Shown here: piece by piece, positions 17,756 to 26,029 of the stretch
How positions within the stretch are numbered: the first letter of the stretch is position 1
Layout of the letters: the number at the start of each line of letters is the position of its first letter
Source: Candidatus Kuenenia stuttgartensis
GTDB taxonomy: Bacteria; Planctomycetota; UBA1135; UBA2386
Direction: 5' to 3'
DNA: 47,241 nt
NCBI GenBank assembly: GCA_945861365.1
Contig: CAMAUH010000001.1
Coordinates: 1 to 47,241 of the forward strand
Made by a program: the position numbers and the translations under genes
Notes under the pieces: generated by a model
What the model was told of the DNA's origin: nothing
Seen by the model: only the letters and a program-made list of their open reading frames with translations
Databases searched by the model: none

Positions 17756-18784
17756 TCAACGTTGGTAGATGGGGACGTAGGCGTACGGCAGATGCAGGAT
17801 CAGCGACGCGACCGCGGTGCCGTAGACCGGACCGACCGCATCGCCTTCCCAGCTGCCGTCGGCGCGCTGCTGCTGACGCAGCCAGTCGCCGAGCTGTTCC
17901 TGGTGCACGGCCCACGGCCGTTCGCCGCGCCGGTAGAGAACCTGGCTCCAGTACAGCTGCGTGTAGAAGTGGTGGCCGGTGGTGTCGACCGTCGCGCGCA
18001 CGTGCTGCTGGCAGTAGCGCATGGCCTTCTGCACGAACGGCGAATCGTCGGCGACGCCCGCGTCGTGCAGCACCGCGAGTCCGGCGGCGGTGATCGCTGG
18101 GCGGCTCTCACCCGCCATGCCGAGCCGATAGCGGATGCCGCCGTCGTCGTTCTGGCAGCGCTCGATGTAGGCGATCGCACGATCGACGACGCGCTTGTCG
18201 ACGACGAGGCCGGCCATGCGGCACGCGCGCAGCGCCTGCATCTGCGTCACGGTGACGCTGCCCTCGTCGGTGTTGTCGGTCGGCTGGTAGTACCAACCGC
18301 CCGCCGGCGACTGCGCTGACGCGATCAACGCGATGGCGCGATCGAGCACGCGCTTCAGCCGTTCCTGCTGCCGGCGGTCCTCCTCCATGCCGTAGACCGA
18401 CGCGAGCAGCAGCGTCGCGAACCCGTGCGCGAACATCGGCTGCGAGTCCTCGGCGACGTTGGCGAGCAGCCCCGTGGTCGGATCCGCCTGCTTCAGCACG
18501 TAGTCGACCGCGTCGCGCACCTGCCGCCAGTACTTGCCGCGCGTCGGCGTCGAGCCAGCCGTCACGAACGCCATGCCAGCGAGGCTCGTCATGGCCACCG
18601 GATAGCCACCGTGCGCGCCGTGGTTGCGCCAGCTGCCATCGCTGGCCTGATGGCGTGCGAGCCACTCGAGACCGCGGTTCGCGACGGCCTGCAGCTCGGG
18701 CGTGACGCCGCTCGGCAGCGCATTGCTCTGGGCGACGGCGAGCGTGGCGGTCAGCGCCGCGGCGATCAGCGAGCGAAGGCTCAT
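17756..18784 (-). CDS. Secreted prenyltransferase/squalene-cyclase-like QW-repeat (alpha/alpha toroid) protein, paralog A
   Basis: Part of ORF 17756..20782. ATG 18784 (ATGA overlap) gives MSLRSLIAAALTATLAVAQS. QW-type repeats: HQASDGSWRN, SAQSPAGGWYY, CQNDDGGIRY, QQRADGSWEG. Collinear with the downstream paralog along the full length. Confidence 0.75.
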   Translation of the reverse strand: MSLRSLIAAALTATLAVAQSNALPSGVTPELQAVANRGLEWLARHQASDGSWRNHGAHGGYPVAMTSLAGMAFVTAGSTPTRGKYWRQVRDAVDYVLKQADPTTGLLANVAEDSQPMFAHGFATLLLASVYGMEEDRRQQERLKRVLDRAIALIASAQSPAGGWYYQPTDNTDEGSVTVTQMQALRACRMAGLVVDKRVVDRAIAYIERCQNDDGGIRYRLGMAGESRPAITAAGLAVLHDAGVADDSPFVQKAMRYCQQHVRATVDTTGHHFYTQLYWSQVLYRRGERPWAVHQEQLGDWLRQQQRADGSWEGDAVGPVYGTAVASLILHLPYAYVPIYQR

Positions 18785-21570
18785 CCCTTGCCTTCCATGC
18801 AGGCGTAGAGCCGTTCCTGCTCGCGTTCGTGCGCGCGCAGGTCGCCGACTTCCTTGCACAGCTCGACGCGCGCGAGCAACCAGTCGAGGCGCTGGTCGCG
18901 TTCGCGCATCAGGGTGTCGATCGTGTCGAACGCGACGAGTGCGCCGGGCAGGTCGCCGCCGCGCGCGAGGCGCGCCGCCCGTTCGCGCACGAGGCCGAGC
19001 AGCAGCCCGCCGAGTGCGTGGCGACGTTCGGCCGCGAGGTCGGTGGCGGCGAGGGCCTGCACGAGCACCTGCTCGGCAGCGGGCCCATCGCCGGCCTGGG
19101 CCATGTACTGCGCCCGCTGCAGCGGATCGGCCGTCGTGGCGGCGAACGCCTGCAGCGCCGACTTGCTGCTGTAGACCTCGACGCCGCCAGGGTGCCCGAC
19201 CGCCAGCCATGGCCCCGCGGCGGTGACGTGGCAGGAACCCGCATAGGGCTCGCGGCTGGCGTCGAACGACGGCAGCTGCAGACGGCGCATCGGCTGCTGG
19301 CCAGCAGCGTCGAAGACCAGCAGCTCGCGCTGGTTCGGGATCACGATCTGGTCGCCGACGATGGTGCCGCGGCCGCGACCCACCGGCTTCGAACCGTTCC
19401 ACACCGGCAGTTCGCGGGCCTGCTTCACGAGGCCGCCGGAAAGGCTGACCGTCACCAGATGCGTGTCGGACAGCGCGAACAGGTCGTCGCCGACGGCGCC
19501 GATCAGCATGCGCAGGCGACCGCACTCCTTGGTCACGTAGCGCGAGCCGGCATCCAGCATCCAGACCGGCTTGCCGGTCGACCCGTCGATGCACAACAGC
19601 ACGTCGCCGTCGCACGGCGCCACCACGACGAGGCCATCGCGCACCACCAGGTCGTTCGGCAGGAAGCTCGTCAGTTCGAGCTGCGCGAACTGCGGCGTGT
19701 AGTCCTCCGACTGGCCGCGCGCCCGCTTGGCGCGGGCGGTCTTGTGCACCGGATCGATGCGCTCGTAGCGACGCACCCAGCGCAGATCCCCGGCGAACGC
19801 ATCGATCGCGGCGAGGCAGCCGGCGTTGGTGGCGACGTAGGCGATGCCCGCCGAGACGACGACCTGGCAGCCCGGCGCCTTGAAGAACGGCGAGCCGCCG
19901 CCGTGGATCGGCGTGTGCCACAGGGGCCGGCCGGTGCGGCGGTCGACGCATTCGAGCGAGTACTCGCCGCGGCGCAGCGCCGGCAGCAGCAGGCGTTCGC
20001 CGAACAACGTCGGTGCGGCCAGGAACGTCACGTCGCGCAGGCCGGCCTCGCCATCGAGCCACTGCGCCGACGACCACGCGCGCCGCTGCAGATCGCGCTC
20101 GTAGGCGATCAGTTCGCTCGCCTTCAGCGGCTCGGGGCTGCTGGTGGTCGCGCGGCCGTGACCGACCACTGCGTAGCGACGTTCCTCGTCCTCGAGCGGG
20201 CGCAGCAGTGCGAAGTCGCTGCTGGCGATGCGCACACGCGGGTGGTTCTCGCGCGGCGGCGACGGCTCTTCGACGCCATCCCCCTGCGCGACCTGCACGC
20301 CGGAAGCGGCCTCGGCCAGACGCAGGCGGTAGTGCTCGAAGAACAGCGTGCGCGGCAGGCTGCCGCGCGGCGCCGCATCGGTCGCGAACGCCACCGTGGT
20401 GCCAGGCCCGTAGCGGCCGGCGAACGGCATCGCATTGGGGCTCTGGCCCTGTTCGAAGAAGATGTTGCGGCCGCTGTCGTTGCTCGACTTCGGGTCCTTG
20501 TAGGGCTCCGGATTGCGGAAGCGGTACTGCCACAGGGGCAGCAGTTCCTCGGTGTCGGCGGCGAGCCACGACGGGCCACTGCTGGTCGGCGCACGCCGGT
20601 TCACCGCGATCTCGTCGGTGGCGAACAGCGAGTTGTTCGGCAGGTCCTTCACCGCCTGCAGTTCGCCCAGCACGCGCAGCGACTCGTCGGCGTGCGCCGC
20701 CGCCATCGCCACCACGGTCGCGTGCGCGGCCTCGAGCTCGCCCGCGAAGCGCAGGCACAGCGCGATCTTGAACTTGCACCACACGTCGCTGATGCCGAGC
20801 CGCTTCCGGTTGTCGGCCGGATAGATCTCGAGCAGGTCGCGCAGCACCTGCACCGCGGCGCGGTAGCGGCCCTCGTGCATCAGGCGATCGGCCAACAGCG
20901 TCATCGCACGACCGGCGGCCAGCGTCACGAAGTAGCGCGTGGTGACCTGCTCGAGCTCACCGACCGACCCGCTGGCGATGGCCTGCTGCAGCAGCTCGTC
21001 GGCCGGGACTTCGAAGTTGGTGCGGTAGATCTCGATGCCGACCGCCGGCATGCGCGCCAGCAGTTCGTGGCACAGGCGGTAGACCGGGCGATACAGCCGG
21101 CCATCCTGGCTGAACACCGAGTTGCGGGCATCGCGCGCGTGGCGGTGCTTGGGGCGGGGTGGCGCTTCGCCGTCGGCGGGCGCGACCGGCTTGCGGGCTG
21201 CCGACTGCGGCGCATCCGACTTGGGCTCGCCGGTAGCCGGCTCGACGGGTTTGGCCGGCGTCGCTTCGACCACGACCGTGCGCCCGTCGACGACGTCCTG
21301 CAGCACCTTGATCGCCGCCGCGTAGTCCTCGCGCCCGAGGAAGGCCTGCGCGTTGTTGAGGTAGCGGTCGATGTTCGAGTTCTCGAACATCTCGACCGGC
21401 GTACCGGGGTCGTCGGTGGCAGCGCCCTCGGCCTGGCCGGCGATCGCGCCGACCGGTGCAATCGCCCGCACCTGCTGGGCATGCGCCATTGCCGCGATGG
21501 CGAGCGAAACCCCCATGACGAGCATGGGCGTACGCAGCGATGGCAGCACGGGGATGCGTTCCATTCTCAC
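18781..21570 (-). CDS. Secreted TPR + PQQ-like (BamB-like) beta-propeller repeat protein; first gene of the operon
   Basis: 929-aa ORF starting at GTG 21570. ATG 21564 or the internal MLVMGVSLAIAAMAHAQQ are alternative starts. TPR-like helices (NNAQAFLGREDYAAAIKVLQDVV; HEGRYRAAVQVLRDLLEIYP). Propeller strands (GRPLWHTPIHGG...GIAYVATNAGCLAAIDAFAGDLRWV; DGLVVVAPCDGDVLLCIDGSTGKPVWM). Confidence 0.7.
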   Translation of the reverse strand: MRMERIPVLPSLRTPMLVMGVSLAIAAMAHAQQVRAIAPVGAIAGQAEGAATDDPGTPVEMFENSNIDRYLNNAQAFLGREDYAAAIKVLQDVVDGRTVVVEATPAKPVEPATGEPKSDAPQSAARKPVAPADGEAPPRPKHRHARDARNSVFSQDGRLYRPVYRLCHELLARMPAVGIEIYRTNFEVPADELLQQAIASGSVGELEQVTTRYFVTLAAGRAMTLLADRLMHEGRYRAAVQVLRDLLEIYPADNRKRLGISDVWCKFKIALCLRFAGELEAAHATVVAMAAAHADESLRVLGELQAVKDLPNNSLFATDEIAVNRRAPTSSGPSWLAADTEELLPLWQYRFRNPEPYKDPKSSNDSGRNIFFEQGQSPNAMPFAGRYGPGTTVAFATDAAPRGSLPRTLFFEHYRLRLAEAASGVQVAQGDGVEEPSPPRENHPRVRIASSDFALLRPLEDEERRYAVVGHGRATTSSPEPLKASELIAYERDLQRRAWSSAQWLDGEAGLRDVTFLAAPTLFGERLLLPALRRGEYSLECVDRRTGRPLWHTPIHGGGSPFFKAPGCQVVVSAGIAYVATNAGCLAAIDAFAGDLRWVRRYERIDPVHKTARAKRARGQSEDYTPQFAQLELTSFLPNDLVVRDGLVVVAPCDGDVLLCIDGSTGKPVWMLDAGSRYVTKECGRLRMLIGAVGDDLFALSDTHLVTVSLSGGLVKQARELPVWNGSKPVGRGRGTIVGDQIVIPNQRELLVFDAAGQQPMRRLQLPSFDASREPYAGSCHVTAAGPWLAVGHPGGVEVYSSKSALQAFAATTADPLQRAQYMAQAGDGPAAEQVLVQALAATDLAAERRHALGGLLLGLVRERAARLARGGDLPGALVAFDTIDTLMRERDQRLDWLLARVELCKEVGDLRAHEREQERLYACMEGKG

Positions 21571-21592
21571 CAGGGGCCCGGGGTCGAGAGCC

Positions 21593-21619
21593 GCACGACG
21601 TGGACAACGAGCGTCGTGC
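21593..21619. promoter_or_regulatory. 8-bp perfect inverted repeat in the divergent control region
   Basis: GCACGACG-tggacaacgag-CGTCGTGC. Lies 23 nt upstream of the operon's first start codon on the minus strand, so it is a possible operator or 5' leader hairpin. Confidence 0.3.
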
Positions 21620-21805
21620 TGGAGCGGATCAGAGGGCGGACTCTACGTCGGGTGCCGATCGACGGCGAGCACCCCAGACCCATTCCCGCCGAATGAACTC
21701 CGGGATGATTCCAGCGGTTCCTACGTCTGCGTACCCCGCGGGCCACTCGGTCCGCACCGGCTCGGGCAACCCGCCCGCGCCTCGCATTCCCGCATGGACC
21801 CCACC

Positions 21806-21811
21806 TAGACT
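21806..21811 (+). promoter_or_regulatory. Candidate -10 element TAGACT (TAnnnT)
   Basis: It is embedded in CACCTAGACTG and ends 10 nt before ATG 21822. The same 11-mer recurs at 41004..41014 upstream of the HNH gene. Confidence 0.2.
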
Positions 21812-21821
21812 GCTCGACCGG

Positions 21822-24113
21822 ATGAACCCCTCGCACACCGTGCGCGCCGCCTGGCTCGGCGCGCTCTTCGCGACCACCCTGTTCGCCCAGGATTGGAACG
21901 ACGAACAGCTGGTCGCGGCTGCCGCCGGCTTCCAGGCCCCGGGCTACCCGGCGCGGTTGCAACAAGTCGGCAAGCTGGTCGCGGACCAGCAGCACCTGCT
22001 GACGGCGCTGGCCGCGCGCGTGCACGGCGACCACCGCGAATACGAGCTGAAGGTGTCGCGCCTGCTCGACGAACTCGCCGATCCGCGCTGGCTGGTGCGC
22101 GAGAACGCCGAACGCGCGCTGATCGAGATGGGCAGCCGGGCCTTCCCGGTCATCGCGCAGAAGAAGGAGAAGGCCGCGGTGCTCGAGCAGCAGATCCGCT
22201 GCGCGCGCATCCTCGACGCGCTGGCCGCCAAGAACACCGAGCAGGAGGAACGCGATCGCCGGCTGCTCGATGGCCTGGTGATGACGTCGCTGTACCTGGA
22301 GCCGGACGCACGGCTGCGCCGCGCGCTGCGCAGCGCGCTGGGCCACATCGATCCGGGCATCGCCGACGGCGCCCTGCGCGCGCTCGGCAAGCTCGGCGAC
22401 GATGCCGAAGCCGATGCCGTGGCGCAGATGGTCGTCAACAAGAACGGCCTGCACCGGCAGCCGGCGATCACGGCGCTCGGCCGGATGCGCGGCGACAAGG
22501 CGCTCGGGTTCTGCCGGCAGCTGCTGGCCGCCGCGCCGGCCACCGACGGCCCGCTGGCCGGCATCACCGCCAATCGCAGCGAAGCGATGACCATCGTGCG
22601 CGGCCTGCACCAGCGCGACGACGCGGGCGCCAAGGCCCTGCTCGGCGAGCTGGCGCAACACCCCGATCCGGTGCTCGCAGCAGCCGCGCGCACGAAGGTG
22701 CCGGCGGCCGGTCCCGCGGTGGCCGCGAAGTTCGCGATGCCGGACCGTTCGCAGGTCGACGGCGAGTGCAGCGGCTTCCTCGGCGGGGCCACGCGCGTCG
22801 GCAAGGCCTTCGACGGCGTGCCGATCGCGGAGATCGCGTTCGGCGACTGCGACACGATCGACTTCCCGACGCACACCGTGGTGCCGATGCAGGGCGCGCG
22901 CGTGTTCCTGAACCAGGGCAGCCTCATCGCCGGCGAAGTGCTCGCGATCGACGCGGAGACGGTGCAGCTGCGCTCGCCGCGGTTCGGCGAGCTGAAGCTG
23001 CCGCGCAAGGACATCCAAGGCATCGCGTTCGATCCGGCGCTCGACCGGCTGGTCGGCGCCTCCAACGAGCACGACCGGCTACGGCTGAAGTCGGGCGAGT
23101 TCGTCGACGGCAACCTGCTGCGCGGTGACGCAACCAGCCTGATCGCGAAGCCGAAGGAAGGCGACGACCGCACCGTGGCACGCGCCGACATCGCCGGCGT
23201 GCTGTTCACGCGGCCGCGCACGACCGAGGCCGACACGCTGGTCTACACGCGCGTCGATCTGGTCTCCGGCGAACGGTGCCTCGGCTTCCTCGGCGACAGT
23301 TCGCGGAGCCACCTGGTCATCGTGGTGCCGGGCCTCGGACCGGCGGTGGTGCCGCTGACGGAGATCACGCACATGGAGCTCGCGGTCGGCGGCGGTGCCA
23401 TGTGGGGCTTCACGCTGATCGCGGACTACAGCGACAACCGCATCGTCGAGGTCGACGACCAGGGCCGCGTGGTGTTCGTGCTCGAGGAAGTGTTCGGCGC
23501 GTGGGACGCCGAGTGCCTCGACAACGGCAACCTGCTGATCACCGAGTTCTCGGTCAGCCGCGTGCAGGAAGTGGATCGCAAGGGCAAGGCGGTGTGGGCC
23601 TTCGAGGACCTCAAGAACCCCTACGACGCCGATCGCCTGCCGAACGGCAACACGCTGATCGCCGACACGTTCGGCAGCCGCGTCATCGAGGTGAACCGCG
23701 AAGGCAAGATCGTCTGGTCGTTCGCCAAGGACATCCGGCCGTTCGACTGCGATCGCCTCGCCAACGGCAACACGCTGATCGCCGACGTGCTGAAGGACCG
23801 CATCATCGAGGTGAGCCCGAGCGGCGAGATCGTGTGGGAACTGAAGGGCATGCCCAACGCGCACGACGCCGACCGGCTGCCCAACGGCAACACGCTGATC
23901 ACGCTGCGCAACAAGGGCACGGTGATCGAGGTCGATCGCAGCGGCAAGGTGGTGTTCGAGCTGTCCGGGCTCAGCTCGCCGAGCGACGCCGATCGCCTGC
24001 CGAACGGCAACACGCTGGTGGCCGAGAACACGCGCGTACGCGAGTTCGACCGCCGCGGCAACGAGGTCTGGAAGAAGGACATGACCTGGGCAGTCGAGGT
24101 CAATCGCTACTAG
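21822..24113 (+). CDS. Secreted HEAT-repeat + beta-module + beta-propeller (40-aa blades) protein
   Basis: ORF 21540..24113. ATG 21822 gives the signal peptide MNPSHTVRAAWLGALFATTLFAQD. HEAT-like repeats (DPRWLVRENAERALIEMG; IADGALRALGKLGDD). Three beta modules. C-terminal blades carry D(A/C)DRL(P/A)NGNTLI spaced every 40 aa. Confidence 0.75.
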   Translation: MNPSHTVRAAWLGALFATTLFAQDWNDEQLVAAAAGFQAPGYPARLQQVGKLVADQQHLLTALAARVHGDHREYELKVSRLLDELADPRWLVRENAERALIEMGSRAFPVIAQKKEKAAVLEQQIRCARILDALAAKNTEQEERDRRLLDGLVMTSLYLEPDARLRRALRSALGHIDPGIADGALRALGKLGDDAEADAVAQMVVNKNGLHRQPAITALGRMRGDKALGFCRQLLAAAPATDGPLAGITANRSEAMTIVRGLHQRDDAGAKALLGELAQHPDPVLAAAARTKVPAAGPAVAAKFAMPDRSQVDGECSGFLGGATRVGKAFDGVPIAEIAFGDCDTIDFPTHTVVPMQGARVFLNQGSLIAGEVLAIDAETVQLRSPRFGELKLPRKDIQGIAFDPALDRLVGASNEHDRLRLKSGEFVDGNLLRGDATSLIAKPKEGDDRTVARADIAGVLFTRPRTTEADTLVYTRVDLVSGERCLGFLGDSSRSHLVIVVPGLGPAVVPLTEITHMELAVGGGAMWGFTLIADYSDNRIVEVDDQGRVVFVLEEVFGAWDAECLDNGNLLITEFSVSRVQEVDRKGKAVWAFEDLKNPYDADRLPNGNTLIADTFGSRVIEVNREGKIVWSFAKDIRPFDCDRLANGNTLIADVLKDRIIEVSPSGEIVWELKGMPNAHDADRLPNGNTLITLRNKGTVIEVDRSGKVVFELSGLSSPSDADRLPNGNTLVAENTRVREFDRRGNEVWKKDMTWAVEVNRY
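23505..24104 (+). repeat. Five 120-bp-periodic coding repeats (propeller blades)
   Basis: The core gac(g/t)cc/gc ga.cg.ctg/c cc/g.aacggcaac..gctg recurs at 23505, 23625, 23745, 23865 and 23985, exactly 120 bp apart. It encodes D(A/C)(D/E)(R/C)L(P/A/D)NGN(T/L)L. Confidence 0.9.
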
Positions 24114-24126
24114 CGACGGGGCGATT

Positions 24127-24143
24127 GGCGGGATGGACCCGCC
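24127..24143. terminator. Short GC hairpin downstream of the propeller gene
   Basis: GGCGGG-atgga-CCCGCC, 14 nt after the stop at 24113. A second hairpin, CGCCCG-cag-CGGGCG, lies about 25 nt further on. Weak, with no U-tract. Confidence 0.3.
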
Positions 24144-24241
24144 TGCGTAGGAGCCGACGCCCGCAGCGGGCGCGGCTCAACGGCGATGAAGGGCCTCGAC
24201 CGCGATGACGGGGCGCGTGGCGCGCGAGGGGGCGGTGGGCG

Positions 24242-26026
24242 TCAGTCCGCGAAGACTGGCGCCAGCGTCGACGGCACGCCGAGGCGGCGCACGAGGTGCT
24301 TCAGCTCTTCCATGCGCTCGGGCTCCTGATCTGCTGCCGCGAGGCAGAACGCGTAGATGGCGCGCTGCTGGTCGCTCGGCGCGTCGCTGGCGGTCAATGC
24401 CAGCGCGAACCACGGGCGCGCTGCCGCCGGCCCGGCTGCCAGCAGCACCTTCTCGGCGCGCGGCCAAGCCGCCGCGAACGCGACGCTGGCGCTCGGCCAA
24501 TCGTGCGCATCGGGCGCCAGATCGCGCGCAGCACCCAGGTTCTCGCCAAAGCGCGTCCACGTGCGTTGCCACGATTCCGGCACGACCTCGATCTTCGCCG
24601 CACTCGCGTGGGCGCCGGCGACGTCGCCGGAGTGCAGCTGCCAGATCGCGCGCTCGATCGGCCATTCGCACCACCAGGTCCACGCGACCACACCGAGCAT
24701 CGCCACGGCACCTGCCGCGATCACGCCGCGCACCCGGCGCCCGCGGTTGTCGAAGTGTTCGCGATACGGCGGCTCGATCTCGTAGCGACGCATGTGCTGC
24801 CAGCGCGCCGGATCCTCCGGATGCATGCTGAACAGCCGGCTCCACCAGTCGCTGCCGCCCGGCCCTGCCTGCCGACGTGCTTCCAGCAACGCGTGTGAGC
24901 AGGGCCCGGCGCCGAGCGCGCGCACCGAGCCAGCGTCGGCTTCGCGTTCGAAACGATGCGCCAGCGCGCGCATCAAGCCGAAGGCCGCCGCCCCACCGGC
25001 AACCGCCAACGCGATCTGCGCGCCGATCGGCCACTCCCCGAAATGGCGCACCATCCATGGCGAGAACACCGGACACGCCAACACCACCGCGACGACCAGG
25101 AACCAGCGCACGTGGCCCATGCGCGCGTGCGTGACCTCGTGCGCGACGACGCCGGCGAGCGCCTCAGGGTCGAGGGCGCCGAGCAAGCCGTCGGTGATGC
25201 ACAGGAATCGGCCGAACGGCAGCGGCCCGACCATCATCGCGTTCAGCGAGCGGTTGCCGGTGCGCAGGCGCAGCACGCCGCGCGGCGAGAACCCGAGCTT
25301 CGCCGCGACTTCGCGCAACCGCTTGCCGAGCGGTTCGGGCAAGCGATCGTCGACGCCGAACGCGAACCGGAACGCGAACGGCAACACCAGCACCGACCCG
25401 AGCAGGAACACCATCGCGCTCGCCATGACCCCGGGCGAGGTCGCCAACACGAATGCGTGCAAGGCGCGCGAACCGCTGGTCAGCTCCATCACGGTGCCGA
25501 ACACCAGCAACGGCACCAACACCAGCAGCGGCCAACCGAAGTGCAACCGCACGATCGGCCGCAGTTCGCTGGCTCGCGGCCACAGCTGCGGATCCACCGG
25601 CCGCGGATCGCCATCGTCGAGCACCTCGCCCAGCAGCTGCGCCAACGTCGCCGGTGCCAGGCGCGGCAGTTCGGCGAGGTAGGCCGGGGCCATGGTCAGC
25701 AGAACGCTCGCCAACGGGCTGTTCCATGCCAGCCGTTCGATGCAGTCGCCGTAGTCGCCGAACGCGAACAATGCGAACACCGACAACGGGGTCGCGGCGG
25801 CGGACAGGCGCAGCAGCGCGCGCGGCGGCACACCGGCGCTGGTGCCGCTGGCGAGTCGCGCTCGCGTGGTCCGCAGCGCCATGACGGCGAGCAACGTCGG
25901 CACCACCAATACGGGTGCGACCAGCCAGACGCGGTGCCAGTCACCGGAACCGGGCAGCGACAGGCCGAGTTCCTCACTGGCCATGGCCACCAGCAGACCG
26001 GCGAGCAACGCGAACGGGAGGGTCAA
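24242..26026 (-). CDS. Membrane M48-family zinc metallopeptidase (HtpX/Ste24-like) with a C-terminal extension
   Basis: HExxH motif in VVAHEVTHARMGH. Multiple TM helices before and after the motif. TTG start at 26026, 3 nt after the upstream stop; ATG 25984 is an alternative. Confidence 0.75.
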   Translation of the reverse strand: MTLPFALLAGLLVAMASEELGLSLPGSGDWHRVWLVAPVLVVPTLLAVMALRTTRARLASGTSAGVPPRALLRLSAAATPLSVFALFAFGDYGDCIERLAWNSPLASVLLTMAPAYLAELPRLAPATLAQLLGEVLDDGDPRPVDPQLWPRASELRPIVRLHFGWPLLVLVPLLVFGTVMELTSGSRALHAFVLATSPGVMASAMVFLLGSVLVLPFAFRFAFGVDDRLPEPLGKRLREVAAKLGFSPRGVLRLRTGNRSLNAMMVGPLPFGRFLCITDGLLGALDPEALAGVVAHEVTHARMGHVRWFLVVAVVLACPVFSPWMVRHFGEWPIGAQIALAVAGGAAAFGLMRALAHRFEREADAGSVRALGAGPCSHALLEARRQAGPGGSDWWSRLFSMHPEDPARWQHMRRYEIEPPYREHFDNRGRRVRGVIAAGAVAMLGVVAWTWWCEWPIERAIWQLHSGDVAGAHASAAKIEVVPESWQRTWTRFGENLGAARDLAPDAHDWPSASVAFAAAWPRAEKVLLAAGPAAARPWFALALTASDAPSDQQRAIYAFCLAAADQEPERMEELKHLVRRLGVPSTLAPVFAD

Positions 26027-26029
26027 GGC

